From contig RHPI01003369.1 of NCBI GenBank assembly GCA_009103225.1, positions 84,911-148,910 on the forward strand: 64,000 nucleotides of DNA, in the 5' to 3' direction. Source of the stretch: Chlorokybus atmophyticus (taxonomy: Eukaryota > Plantae > Mesostigma and Chlorokybus algae). Position numbers and translations under genes: made by a program. Shown here one piece after another: positions 23,101 to 37,046 of the stretch. The notes under the pieces are model-generated. The model searched no databases and had not been told where the DNA came from. It saw only the letters and a program-made list of their open reading frames with translations. Numbering within the stretch: position 1 is the first letter of the stretch; each line of letters starts with the position of its first letter.

Positions 23101-25180
23101 AGCATGCTACAGCCACATACCAACCTTAAGCTGGATCTGTACCTGCATACGTGAAGCCATCAGCCTGCACTTGATACCTATAAAACATGAGATGCAAAGC
23201 GCGCCTTGATTATAGCTCATATGCATGTGACTGTGGTGAAGCCCACAACTGAGACAACATGATGTACCACACACGTCAACACCATCAAGCAGCCCCCACC
23301 TGCGCATGAGTTGGCGGATGTTATCAACCAGACGAAACTGGTTGGCCCCCACGCAGATGTCCAACACCGTGTTGAACGTGACCGTGTCCAGCCTCACACC
23401 ACTCCTCTCCATCTCCTAGTTTCCAACGACCAACATTGCCACATACCCTATAGCACATCGTACAACAACAAGAGGACAACAGACGACACACACATACACA
23501 CACCTTGAAACTTGACATAGCGGCCGCATAATCGCGTGCATGCGCGTGCGCCTTCAACATCAAGTTGTAAGTGTAGGTGTCAGGCGCGAGGCCATTGGAC
23601 CTCATCTTGTGCATGGCTTTGCGTATGCTATCCACTTGTCCCAATTGCGCATACACTGCTTAGTGTTCGATTGTTATGTACTTCGTTGATGTGTTCAAGA
23701 TGGGCTCTGTGGCAACACATACCACGTACCACGAATCAGGGAGTTGAAGGTGAATGGTGTCGGCCGGATGCCTCGATGAAGCATTTCATTCCACAGGTAT
23801 TGAACTTGAGTAATGTTGCCAGCATGACCATGACAGCGCATGATAGCGCTGCAAAAAGTGTCAGTAACTGCGGTAAACACAAACAAAAGCCACAGAAATA
23901 ATAAAAACACCTATGAAACTAAGCGAGTGAAAACAGGAAAACAGGAGCATGCAAAGAGTATAAGTATAAGTTATGATAGCAACGTTTGACAACTATGAGT
24001 TACCCCAAAACAGGCGCATAAACAACGAGACATACGACAACAGTATCTGCAATAAAGAAAGACTTTATACCCAGATTACACGAACACGTGCGCGCACGCA
24101 ACTGTGTAATTTGGTTGAAACTTCTCGTTATAGCGCGGGCCTACCTGTAGCTGCGCTCGTCAAGGCAAACACCCGCAGTCTCCATTTTAGACCAGATCTG
24201 TTGCATGTCTGCCAAACCGAATCCGCCATCCAACAGTGCATTGAATAAAACTGTGTCGGGTGTGACGCCTTCAAGCAGCAATCTCTGCAAAGCAACATGA
24301 CGTAAATGTGGTGTTCTAATGACAATCTTCACCAGAGAGACTGACGTCGAGTTGAAGCAACGCCTCTTTGTGTCGGCCAGTGTCGCAGAGAGCTTTGAGA
24401 AAAGGCGTGTACATTCGGCTGTTGAGTGGTACATTGGCTGTGCGCGCTATGTCGAGGGCTTGCTTGGAGGCATCTAGGTTGGACACACGCGTGCACACCT
24501 GCCGTGTGCAAATGTGTATGTGAGAGTGCGCGCACGTTCGTGCATGCGCATGTGCATCTCCTGCGCTTTGTGCACATGCGCAGGGTGGGGTGGGAGTGGG
24601 GTACAGGTGCATGTGCTTGTTCTGGTGCACATGTGTGCATTAAGATATGCGGTCATATCCTCTTTCGTTTACATGTGCACATATGCATAAGTATATGTTC
24701 TTCCGTACCCAACAATCGCTCAAAGAAAAACTCCAACTCACCCCAACAATCGCTCCGACGTGCACGCTATTGGCTTTGCCAGACGCTACTGCCAACTGCA
24801 GCACTGAACACACAAGCGAATTACATTCAACCAGATCCATCAAAACTGCGCAGAATGACGAACAACGCAGTGAAGCATGTGACTGTACAAGAATGCATTG
24901 CGAAAGTGCATGCGTGACAGCACCACAATTGACACAAACTGTATTCGTGCGCACGAATGTTCATTGGTGCATGCGTGCCTGCCGCAAGGGGGCACGCACC
25001 CTTACCAGCCAGCGCAGTGGCGCTCTTCTCTGCTGATGGCAACCTTGACTTGCCAATCTCTTGGATGAGCAGCGTCATCTCCTTCAAAGGATCGGAACCG
25101 TAACCTGCCACCAGCCAATATGTGTCAGCCTTCCAGACACAAACAACCAAACAGCATTGCCCCCNTTGTGACATGCATGT

Positions 25181-25226
<46 letters not shown>

Positions 25227-26407
25227 CTTTGTGACTTTATTGGTGTTTGTGACGGTGATTGCATGGTCTGTGAGCCTGCCAGTTGCAGCAGGCTCTCCGC
25301 CCTGCTAAGGAAGTACTGTCTCGTCAAAGCCGGCTGCAGCGAAACACTTGCCCGCTGCTGCTGCTGTCTGGCCTTCACTGCCTTGTCGCTCGTCTCGCTA
25401 GCTGCCGGCTGTGCACTAGTAGTTTTATACCTTTTGGTGTTTGGTGCCTGCTGCTTACTTGGCTTCGGTTGTTTTAAGACGACTCTGCACTTGCACCAAA
25501 TATTATTACTTTGGTGATGATGGTGTGTGGGTGGGGGGGTNNNNNNNNNNNNNNNNNNNNNNNNNNNNNNNNNNNNNNNNNNNNNNNNNNNNNNNNNNNN
25601 NNNNNNNNNNNNNNNNNNNNNNNNNNNNNNNNNNNNNNNNNNNNNNNNNNNNNNNNNNNNNNNNNNNNNNNNNNNNNNNNNNNNNNNNNNNNNNNNNNNN
25701 NNNNNNNNNNNNNNNNNNNNNNNNNNNNNNNNNNNNNNNNNNNNNNNNNNNNNNNNNNNNNNNNNNNNNNNNNNNNNNNNNNNNNNNNNNNNNNNNNNNN
25801 NNNNNNNNNNNTTGCATGCAAAGTCACTGTCATACAGTAACAACAGCAGCTGAAACCCTGAAACAGTTCAGGAAACAGCTGAGCTTGCATGCAACGACAA
25901 AAGCCACTGCGACACAGCAGGAACAGGCGCTAGATTGCTGAAACAATGCATGCAAAGGCTAGAGAATGACTACCACAGCGTTACTGAAGTGCTGACAAAA
26001 GTCAGTGCTGAGAGGAACACTGAAAGATTTGAGCCACTCAAACACTTGCTGCAAAATTGATGAGAATGAGGATATGTTGCGTGTTGAACGTTTGGCAATT
26101 CCGCAAGCCAATCAACAGTGAATTGTTGTTCGCACCATAGCGAGACAGATGATGACACACGCCAACCAGGCCAGGTGACTGAGGTTGCACTGCCTGTGGC
26201 TGACCTGAAGGCGGGAGCAGCTGGTGGCTGGTCAGCGCCGGAAGACGATGACGTGGAAGCGTGATTTTCCAAAGTTGCCCGCGCCGTCGTCATAGTCGTC
26301 TGCCTCGTCGTGATCGTCGTCAGCGTCGGCGTGCACCACCACAGCGGCATGGTCGGCGCCGTCGCTGCTGCTGGCGCTGCCCAGCTCATTGCTACTGCAT
26401 GCGGCAT
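20160..26407 (-). CDS. P-class pentatricopeptide repeat (PPR) protein, many exons, probably organelle-targeted
   Basis: 35-aa repeats such as GVTPDTVLFNALLDG, GIRPTPFTFNSLIR, GLAPDTYTYNLMLKAH, GVRLDTVTFNTVLDIC, GTRPNGFVYGALMQAC. The exons I checked are free of frameshifts. The start codon and the exons around the gap at 25541-25811 are uncertain. Confidence 0.78.
25541..25811. other. assembly gap
   Basis: N run inside the PPR gene, next to a G-rich tract. Confidence 1.
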
Positions 26408-27183
26408 GCAACTTGCGCGAAGCGCTAAGTGGCACGTACTGCGACACTGATGCTGCGTATAGTACAATTTAACATTGCTGGTGTTGTTGGTGAGTGTTTA
26501 GGCATGAGTGTTTGTGAAGCTCTCACTTCAAACGATAATATCTCGAACGGCTTCGTATTGTTGGTGCTGTTGACATGACTCTGCACCGCTCAAGTGTATG
26601 GGCGGAGGTTTGCAGCAAGGTTTTGCGCGCCCCCCCTGCCGCATTGCACAAAGATACCAGCCCCCTACTGACGTAGGTTGTTGATAATGCTATTGCTGCT
26701 GGTGCCATGCCAAAGTCCACTGCATGCTGCTTGGCTGTTGCCCTATTGCTATACCGTAAACGATTGTTTCGATTTGATTGACATCTCCACAATTTTGATG
26801 TCATTGTTGGACATGACATGCAAGGCAGATTTATGCCATTGGTTACATTCCGCAAGTGTGCCATGTTGCTTTTCTATACGAAGTGCAATGCAGCAAACAA
26901 GCTCTCCAGTGCAGGACAGATGGTTGACCGTCATATGAGTGCTTGCATGTGACGCAATGCAGCTGCCACGCACGTAACTACTGTTGTTGTTCGTTTGTGT
27001 GCACAGACTGCATGTGTGTGCAACACGACTCACTACCTTATGCAAGAGTGTAGCAGCACCGCGGCTGAAAGCTCGGGTTCTGCTATTGTTGTTGTGTAGT
27101 TTGTGCTGTTGGGAGTAAACATGCACAACCCTCACAATGACAGAAGATTAACAGAAACAGTAACAACAGTGTTGCAGCAAACT

Positions 27184-30100
27184 TCATGACGTGCGCAAAA
27201 ATCTCTGGATGAGAGGCACAACCTCGCTACCTGGAAATCGCCCCAAGCAACCTGACAAGAAAAGAGTCGTGTCAACTTATAAGCCACTCAACCAGTATGA
27301 CATTCTGACAAAAGCAATACTATACAAAAAGATGACACATATTCCCAAGTGTCTCTGACCTTGGAATGCGGATATCTCATCAAACAGCACCACACGATCC
27401 CCACCTACAGCTTCTTTTGCCTGATGCCGGTCGATAGGTTCTAGTGTGACCTCACTCAACTGGATGTCACTCCTCGGCGGGTTGATGGGCTCCAACGAGG
27501 TTGAAAGCACAGAGTCTTCCACCCCTCGGGCCTATCATGCAATGATGAATCAGTGTGTGTGCGCGTGCACATACACCAGACATGATGTGCACACGTAACC
27601 GCAAACACACGTGCTTCTGTACGTACATAACACACCCCTACGCCTGCACATGCACGGCTACAAGGGCGCACATGTGCATGTTGGTATACCGATGGATCCC
27701 CCCAATGCGCGCGCATGCACACATACATGCACACGTGCATGTCCTTGTGTACGCAATGGACCTTGACATAGTCATCTAGCCACGCCATGGTGAACGGCAC
27801 AGGCTCGCACGAGTGGTCGCCATACTCGACGGGCGTGGAATGATCACCCGTGCACGCGAGGGCGAAGCGCGGGACTGGGGGCTGAGCTGTAATTCCGCCT
27901 GTTGCTGTCCTGTCGTCCTGGTGTTGTGTGCTGAGTGTGTGTTTAAGCAGCCGCGCTGCCAGCTGCGACACCATTACATCCACTGCCGCGAGGAACGCCA
28001 CCTTCAGTGCTGTGTTGCGATCGTGCCCTGGCAGTTGATGCACAACCGTCAACACCGCGTGAGAGGGTGAGCGAACAGTATGCCACTGGCGTAGCACAGC
28101 ACAGTGGATCAGTAAACAAGTCCACTGATATAGCCATTCAGGAAAGAGATTGCTGGCCCAAAATGTCCACTCGACATGCACATGCGCACGCGCCTGCATG
28201 GCCATGCACCTGCACGCGCACATGCCATGTGTGTGTATGTGTGCGCTTACCGGCATCATCAACGGCCTTGACATGAAGGAAAGCGAAGTCATACGCCTTG
28301 TCTGCACATCAAGTCACCAAGCCGTATGTCAAGTCAAGCAGGCCGTTGCACTCTCATCTCCACACCCACTTCACCAGCATGCAGATACCTCACATACAAC
28401 TTGGTGTTACCTCCAGGTGCAGTCAGTGCATCCGCTATGGCCGCAGCCTTTGCACTCAGCTGCGTGCGATAGTCACCCGTTGCACCTTTCCCAACGAACA
28501 CAGCATTGCTATAGCGACCAGACCGTAGGGATGGCACAGCAAGAAGTTGTTTCATAACAAGTACTTACCAGGTGCGGCTATGATATCAATGTCAAGCGAC
28601 ATCCCCAACCCTGCGATGATCTTCGTTGGCGCAACCATAGACGCCTTAAGCTCGTGCTTTGCTTTAAAGGAAGGCACCTGAAAAACACAAGCAGTGACTT
28701 CTTCGGAGCAGGATGCATGCAGACTCAGACATGCGCGTGCATGTGCATGTAATCGCAGGCATGCATACGATTCATGCACTTGTGCGTGCATGTGCGCGAC
28801 GCACACGCACACGCACATGCACGTACGTACGCACGCACGCAGACACGCGGCTTTACCTCAAGGCGGATGCCACAGCCTCTAAGGAGAATAACATTGGCAA
28901 CCGTCTTGCCCTCAGCGGCGCGCGTGAGATTGATTGGGTGGCTGGAGAGGGCTGCGCGCAACGCGTCCGACAGCGCGTTCACCAGCGCTGCCGTCTGGGC
29001 GGCAGCAGGGGAATCATCCAGTGGACGGCACACTGACAGGACGCTTGTGTTTGCTGTTTCAATCTCAGAATGACATGAACATGGCAAAAATAATTGTATA
29101 GTCTAATGTGGCATGCTCAGCTTGAGCTACACTGCACAGTATGTTGTTGAGTTTTGCCATGTATGTAGTGTGCGATGTGGCACGACAGAGCATGGAGCTT
29201 GTACCTGTTACGCATTGACAGTGCTGTGAACACATTTTACACAGTAACAACAACATACGCAACTGTCAAACCTAGCAGTGGCAGGTTGTCCTTCAGTGGG
29301 TCCGTGCCAGAAATGTTGCCGCTCAGTGCGGGGCCGCGGACCACCACACCGCAGCGGTGCTCAGTGGCGTACCGCACGCTGACCTGTTGTTGTTGGAGGT
29401 GTGTACACACGACAAGTTTGACATACTTATACACATACGTGGCGACAAGAATGTAGTGTGCTGACACCAAACACGTGTGTGCCAATATACACGCGCACAG
29501 ACACGCGCACGCTTCCACACTAACACACTCAACTTGTGCTCTGGGAAGCCTGGAATTGCGATCCCATCCAGAGCTTTGCACAACTCTGGACCGATGTGCT
29601 CAAAATGCCTGTCGGCGCGCCTCTTCACAACCTGTTTGGTTATGTCATTGGCATGTGCCGTCTGCCATCAAATGCCATCAAGGATAACTACAACCACCTC
29701 ACCATGTTGGTAGCATCATCAATGCATGCAAAGTTGCTCTTGAAAGCAATGTCTCCAGGCGCCATGGGAATGCCTGCACCCATGGACTCAAACGCTCCCC
29801 TGCACATGCAGAAAACCTTTCATAAACAGATATGCACATAACCATTGACACATGCACACACATATGCCCTTGCATATGCATGTACGTGCGTGCACGCGCA
29901 CACAAACACGCATGCATGCACCGACACAGAGGGCACGCATACATGAGATTGTGCACGTGCCTTTGGACGAACTCAACGTCACACCTCATTGATGCGTTAC
30001 CTGCCCTTGTAGTATGTGCGAGGGTCATAGCCAAGAAGTGAGAGGTGTGCTGTGTCACTGCCGCACGCCAGACCCGGCTCTACTGGATCCAACAATCCGT

Positions 30101-30668
30101 TGACTCCAGCACCTGCATGGTGTAACAGTTACTGTTGTGGTTGGGCTATACCTACATACATGAAGGAGTTGTGTTTGCTTACTTGCGATGGCGTCGAGCG
30201 CGGGTGTGGGGGCAGCTTGCAAAGGGGTGCGGAAGTCCAGAGAGGGTAAAGACACCTGCACGCAGCATTCGCACTTGTCTTTGCTTCATCCTGCATCTAG
30301 CTGCTTGTATGAGTGGGCCTTTGACTGTGGGATCACGGCAAGAACAGCAAGTATGTAGCACTCGCACCGCTGTGTGCGTGCTCACAGCGCGACTGAGAAT
30401 GCCACAGTAAGAATCCAAAGCATTGCTTTGCATTCTTATTACGGCATTCTCGGTCGGCTCAAAGCAGCTGTGCGGTAAGCTACGTTCTTGGCGAATCTAG
30501 CTTACCGCTGCAGGTAAGGTGGCTGCTTTGAAACAGCAGCGAGGCATCAAGCATGCATGGGAAATTGCAGATAAGATGTAAACTACTGTCATAGCGAAGG
30601 CAAGACGAGTCCCTTACGTCTCCAAGACCGTCTATGAGAATGAAAGCCACCCTTGCAGGCGGCGCCAT
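27184..30668 (-). CDS. apgM: 2,3-bisphosphoglycerate-independent phosphoglycerate mutase, archaeal (ApgM) type as found in plants
   Basis: Spliced motifs [90 protein letters not shown]; stop at 27186-27184. Confidence 0.9.
30368..30530. other. three adjacent hairpins in intron 1 of the mutase gene
   Basis: Stems at 30368-30389 (7 bp), 30391-30455 (32-nt arms, 27 Watson-Crick pairs) and 30460-30530 (9-bp plus 11-bp perfect stems). Confidence 0.7.
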
Positions 30669-31957
30669 GACAGCTGGCAGCGCACCGTGCGTGCTCAACG
30701 AGCCTCCCCCACTGTCCACCTCTACTCACAAAACTTTACACGCATGGTTCCTTTTGCTGTTTTTCTGTTCTTAATGGCATGCTCATTCCTCTTCTACCGC
30801 ACGGTCATTGCAAAACACATACAAGCAATGCACCACAATGCTAACGTTGACGCAGACGCCAGCAGCAGGACCGCCGCCCACACCGCCGCAGCAAGCGATC
30901 AGCATAATGTATCCAACAAACTACTGCAGCTTTCCACATCCGATATCGGTACGTCACTCGCGGTTATCAGCAAGATTCAGACGCGATATCGGCGGCTGGC
31001 ATGGTCTACCACTGGTAGACTACAAGGTAGGGTGCCTGCTTGAAGCACAAGTTGTCTGGCAAATTGCCACGTGGCGAAGGCGGAGCAGGAGGCGGCAGCG
31101 GCGGTGTTGACATCGGTGTTGCTGCGCAGCGGGTTCACAGAGGCAGCTTTGCGATTGCTGCCTGTTCCGGCGGTTGGTAGGAGGAGCTTGTTGTTGCTGG
31201 GGCAGAAGGCGCGAACTGGTTGGGACTGGCAGGGACCGGCATTAGGGTCTGTAGCGCAGAAGGCTTGGGGAGTTGATGCTGTTGGTGTTGACATCGTCGT
31301 TGTTCTGTGTGTGGTACGGGATGTGCGAGTCGTTGCCAACGACGAAGCCGTGTATTGGGGCGTAATGGGACGGTGTGATGATGGTCAAAGCAGGAGACCA
31401 CTCCAAGTGTGCAGGAGCCGTGCGAGTTCTTGTCGTTGGCGATTCAGGCAAGCCAGTGGCAGGCGCATGCATTGCTGTGCTGTTCCATCATTGGAGGAAG
31501 CTGACTACCATAAACACATGACATGCAAGTATGCTACATCACAGGAAGTTGCATAACCTGGTAGTTGATCAATGTAAGCGCAAGCCGCTTCTAACGCACG
31601 CATTACTATCAAGCCTTCAGCACTGGTCAAACACTTGTTCATAATGCAGGGTCAATGCATACAAACAATGCATTGCACCATTTGCTGTTTGGTCGATGTG
31701 GGTTCATGCCCGACAGTTTCTTCCAAGCACTGTTTTGCAAAACTCCAACACTAACCTGCTGCAACTGTTGAACGGACAGTGAGCGCTTTAGGTACTCAGT
31801 TGCAGCAGGCTATGCCATTGTTGTCGATTTCAAATTGAAGTGAGAATCAACACATTGCGTTCGTTTAACTGTACATATTCCTGGGGTAACAACAGGAACA
31901 CTCTTGGAAGCCGTTGTTGGCTTGCAAGTGTCCATTGAGAGCTGATGATGACTGCAG

Positions 31958-33801
31958 GCGTGGGCAAGTCAACGTTTGTTGAGCGCATAACTGAAGGCAG
32001 AGTGTCTCAGGCAAACCGACAACGCACAGTGGGCTGTCATGTCAGCGTGAAGGTCCGCCCAATGGGTTATGCTAGTAGTGCAATGTAGCTCTACATGCTA
32101 CGATGTTGATTGTTCGCGTTTTTATCAGACATTGCAGCATCCCGCATTGAGCTCGGCTGACCGGCGTGCGGCATTCATGGTTGAGCTTTGGGAAGTGGGC
32201 GGCCTGCCTCAGTACCAAAAGATACGCAACGTGTTCTACAGCCAAATCAACGGTACTTGTGACAGATGCTTGTCACACCGCTGCAAACTCTATTGCAACC
32301 AGCATGTCTAACCAACGTACTTGTTGTGTCCACCAGGTGTTATATTCTTGTATGATAGTGCAAGCAAGCGGAGTAAAGCCTCCCTTAGCAAGTGGGCAGC
32401 TGAGATTGCAGGTGCGTATGCACAAGAGCGTGTGTGCTTGCGCGAGTAAGCACACACGCATGCACACCACACCCGTGCGAATGCACGCATGCGTGCATCC
32501 TCACATGTCGACCCACACAGAGTGAAACTGGTTTGCAATCTTGGTCACGTCAACAACTTGTTTTGCAGAGCATGGAACCTTTGATGCTCCATCTGCCGTC
32601 CAGAATCCATCATCTCCAAGCAAGATTTCATTGCCCGTGCCTATTCTCTTCGTAGGTGGGTGTATGAGCACATTGTTATTCAAGCTGAGGCAATACTGTT
32701 ACGTTCAGTCTACTGTTGAGCGTTGTTGTTACGCCAAGTCTGAGGCTGCGCTCTCTAAGCAGGCAACAAGTCAGACTTGGCAGTCAGAAACGCAAGCGTG
32801 GCCTTTTCCTACTCATTGCAGCATTCTCCCCACCCCATGCGCCGAGCTTGGCAGCATCTGTGGGGCCGCCTTAGCCGCGTGTTGGCTTTCAGCGGCGGAG
32901 CAGAAGCTGAACCAATGCTGCCGACCTCTCGCAAGAGCACTTGGCCGGATGGCATCAGCATTGTAAGCAAAACTCTGGTCACACGCTCGAGCCCACCCAC
33001 AGACGCATGCCCGCGCGCGCACACATGCTTGCGGATTGCGGGGTTTAATAAAGTTGGCATTGTGCAGAGTGCACTGCAGGGGACTGGCGACTTCACTGCA
33101 GTGGATAGATTCTTTTTGCAGGTGGGTATAGGTATAGCGAGCTTCTATTGAGAATGCAGTCTGTGTTGTATGGTTGGGCTAATAATAGTATTGTTGTCAC
33201 GCATTGACAGCTAATAGAGCGCCGTTACTTTATGCCCTCGGCGCCTGTTGTAGCCAATGGACACTACAGGAGCCACTCTTGGGGAGCTCCTTCAACACCA
33301 GAGTATGTGTACACGCATTACGAGCTGGGTGTTGTCTGTAATGATGTTGTGTCGTTAGTCTGCAGTAGTGTCACTCATGAATTGTATTGCAGTAGTTCAA
33401 GATCTGAGTCGCTGTACACGCCATCGGGCTTGGGTGCGGGCATGAGTGTAACAGACAGCTTCACAAGCTCACCGGCGTTGTCAATTGATGAAACTGCGAG
33501 CAGTCGACCCACACCAGACAACAGCAGGTTCTGGCAGCAGCACACACCGGATTCTGAACCGTCCACGTCCGGCTTACATGGCTACTTGCATGAGCACAGC
33601 CGCGGCCGCTCACACTCGTACCCGCTGCATGTGACTTCCAACATGCTGGACACCCTGCACAACCTTGGGGAGCCCGCAGATACTGCTGTCATTGGACATG
33701 TGGACACGGGGGGAGGTGATTATAGCATTGCAAATGCTTGGCCACAGAGCAATTTGGCGCCATCAAGGACACCTCATGTACCAATTGGCAAGACATTGTA
33801 A
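31958..33801 (+). CDS. LIP1: RABL3/LIP1-like small GTPase; first exon not resolved
   Basis: GVGKST, VGCHVSVK, VELWEVGG, FYSQINGVIF, KWAAEIA, LPVPILFVGNKSD, FFLQLIERRYF match plant LIP1 motifs; spliced at GT-AG sites; stop at 33801. Confidence 0.8.
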
Positions 33802-34304
33802 AATTGGTCGTGAGCTTGTTTCTGGACAAGTTGCATTGCCAGGTTGTGTACATAAATCCAAGACTATTCTACACATGCATTCACTGCCTTGCATGAATTC
33901 AACATTTTGGTAGTGTATATAAGGGGTATGGTACGGTGGCAGCATGCATGGTGTTGCCAATGGCATCTATTTTGCCACATGTAGTAGCGGAGCCTTTATA
34001 TACACTGGCAAGTAGCTTGTATACATCTGTGCGTGTCAAGCAAGCACAGCAAAAAACAGAACGATAAAAGTAATGCTGCTAATTACAATAAGTATGAACT
34101 GCACGCATGACCATGATGCTGCTGAGCTTCTACGGTTGTTGTTGTAATGCTGTAATAGTTATTTGCGGATTGGGGCTGCTGAGGTAAAGGTGTTGTTCTC
34201 ATGATGGCGTTTGGTGACATGACCAATTGTCATATCACTCACATACTATTCTATCGTGGTAGTCAGTGTGTTGGTGTTTTATATATATATATATATATAT
34301 ATAT

Positions 34305-34982
34305 NNNNNNNNNNNNNNNNNNNNNNNNNNNNNNNNNNNNNNNNNNNNNNNNNNNNNNNNNNNNNNNNNNNNNNNNNNNNNNNNNNNNNNNNNNNNNNNN
34401 NNNNNNNNNNNNNNNNNNNNNNNNNNNNNNNNNNNNNNNNNNNNNNNNNNNNNNNNNNNNNNNNNNNNNNNNNNNNNNNNNNNNNNNNNNNNNNNNNNNN
34501 NNNNNNNNNNNNNNNNNNNNNNNNNNNNNNNNNNNNNNNNNNNNNNNNNNNNNNNNNNNNNNNNNNNNNNNNNNNNNNNNNNNNNNNNNNNNNNNNNNNN
34601 NNNNNNNNNNNNNNNNNNNNNNNNNNNNNNNNNNNNNNNNNNNNNNNNNNNNNNNNNNNNNNNNNNNNNNNNNNNNNNNNNNNNNNNNNNNNNNNNNNNN
34701 NNNNNNNNNNNNNNNNNNNNNNNNNNNNNNNNNNNNNNNNNNNNNNNNNNNNNNNNNNNNNNNNNNNNNNNNNNNNNNNNNNNNNNNNNNNNNNNNNNNN
34801 NNNNNNNNNNNNNNNNNNNNNNNNNNNNNNNNNNNNNNNNNNNNNNNNNNNNNNNNNNNNNNNNNNNNNNNNNNNNNNNNNNNNNNNNNNNNNNNNNNNN
34901 NNNNNNNNNNNNNNNNNNNNNNNNNNNNNNNNNNNNNNNNNNNNNNNNNNNNNNNNNNNNNNNNNNNNNNNNNNNNNNNNNN
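34305..34982. other. assembly gap
   Basis: N run between a (TA)n tract and a pogo-like end. Confidence 1.
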
Positions 34983-35129
34983 CCCGTATTAGTGTACCCC
35001 CTTACGGGGGGGGCTTTGTTTAAAACCCCCCTTCTACGGGCATGATATGCCTCGATTAAAATACCCTTCCTCCATATTGAGGTGGGGGGCTTTGAGTAAT
35101 GGGGGGGGGCTCAAACCGGGTAAATACGG
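34983..35129. mobile_element. right end of a second pogo-like element or MITE; remainder in the N gap
   Basis: G-run followed by CTCAAACCGGGTAAATACGG|TA at ~35101-35131, with the same terminal GGGTAAATACGG and similar C/G-run subterminal palindromes as the 2016-11253 element. Confidence 0.65.
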
Positions 35130-35657
35130 TATGTATGTTTGTGTCACATTGTATATGCATGCAGAATCAAATGGCAGCATTACTCGATGTGACGTACGTT
35201 CGCAATGTTTGAGAAGAACCATGTAGCTACAGAATAATCTAGCATACTGCCATTTATATACAGAGCCTGTTGGTAAAACGTGTAATAATAATCTCTTTAG
35301 GTGTCATGTTATTTGATTGCTGCTGATGCACGTGATATACTACGGCAATTCCACGCATTTTATGTACGTAGCCACCCAATACAAGCCACATATGTCACTA
35401 ACACAAACACACATAGCCACAAGTAAACCATGCGCGCTAGCATTAGGTATGAGTCATAGGGCAAAGAAGTAGTCCAAATGCACAAGCAAAACCACAAACA
35501 ACCAATTAAACTAGCCACAAAGCCAAAGGCGCGTCGCACGATCCAGGGGGACAACTCGTGGACAGAGATGCTATTTGATAAACGCGCTCATTTCTGCAAT
35601 CTCTTAACAATAAATGCCACCATGTTGTTTAAAGCTTTGCCATCTCCGCGGGCAAGC

Positions 35658-35830
35658 TGTTGTCAATACTTTGCTAACTACTCTATGTTAATAGTATAGA
35701 TTGCTAAATTACAATGCACATGGTGCATTCACTATGTTGCCAATACTTTGCCAACTACCTTATGTTATTGGCATGATTTCCCACGTTACAATGCACATGG
35801 TGCATCCACTCTGTTGTCAAATCCGTGCCA
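35658..35830 (+). repeat. degenerate ~77-bp tandem repeat, ~2.3 units
   Basis: TGTTG(T/C)CAATACTTTGC(T/C)AACTAC...TTACAATGCACATGGTGCAT repeated. Confidence 0.65.
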
Positions 35831-37046
35831 ACAGCAAGCCCTTGTTGTTTGTGACATGCATGTTACAACGATTATCTACTACATGTATATGCCATTGATG
35901 TTGGCAAACGTTTACCAACACGCATAAACTGTTGCTATGCATACACATATTGTTTTATGATGTTGAAAACCTATTATGGAAGTGTTGTGCTAATCATATG
36001 TGCATATTTCTCTTAAACCACTGCACAACTGACGGGACTTTCAAGTGTGCTGCGCGCGCATGCACTCGACGTGTTAGGCAAATTTGCCCACTTCTCGGCG
36101 CGCAGTAAGACGCTCCCGCCCACTGCGCGCACGTGCATGTAATAAGCTAATATTCTACACCCATCCGAGCCACGGATAGGACGGGATTCGAGCGGATGAC
36201 CTATGGCTTGGTATGTCGTGGACTAAACAACTCAACGAGTTAGGCAAACAATACACGGCGCTACATGCCAAAATAATACAAAATAAACTTCTTTTCGGCT
36301 GTAGCTCTCGTTTGGCCAATTTTCTAGCGGCCGTAAATCCCAAAAGAAGTTGAGGCAAGCGCTATGCGCCGCAAAGTCCAGCGGGGACTAGGACGGGGTA
36401 AACAGAGTTATTGATTCATCATATAAGGTGTCTGCGGCAGTGGTGTTATTATTTGCTGTATACATATAATTTGCGACGGCTGGCTGCTGCTATTTTGTGG
36501 CTTAGCGGTCCAGTGCGACACATTCGACTCCGACACGCCATTCAGGCCCACAATGCTCGCGGGTGGACATCGCAAAAATTTGCTTCGATGCGCGCATATG
36601 ATGCGCAGTGAGCTAAAGCGATGTACTGCGCACCGAGCTTGCAGTTGGTAAAATTTGCCCAACACGTCGAGTGCCGCACGCAACGTAGTAATAGGAAGCG
36701 GATGTGCCTCCTCTGCAAAATGCGCAATAACATTATGTAAGTTGCATGGATAAATCGCAATTGCATACCACAGATTAGGTAGCCCATTGTGACACGCATC
36801 ATATGTTGGATAGATTACGAGATGTTACCTGCAAGAGTTTGAATAGCTGCCCAAAGTCACGTGATAAGATGAGCTTGCATGTAACATCGAAAAAAAAATA
36901 AAAATGCACCAAGTACTCAGTGATCAAATGCTTCGACACATGCATCCCTTGCAAATTGCAAACACGAGCATGAAGCGAAATGTACAACAACAGCGTATGA
37001 TGCAGATGGCAAATGCTTACCAACACATATAATAGATATCAAGTTA

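Noticed and set aside
30391-30535. H/ACA snoRNA interpretation of the intronic hairpins
   Set aside because: The hinge between the hairpins is only 4 nt (GGCT) with no ANANNA box on either strand.
30744-31556. ORFs head-to-head with the mutase (hydrophobic N-terminus; Ala/Val-rich)
   Set aside because: Only 75 bp separate the ATG from the mutase ATG, there is no recognisable domain, and both strands are open in GC-rich DNA. More likely UTR or promoter sequence; RNA data are needed.
34201-35045. Long ORFs made of X residues (also at 7177-7677 and 25441-25941)
   Set aside because: They only span N gaps.
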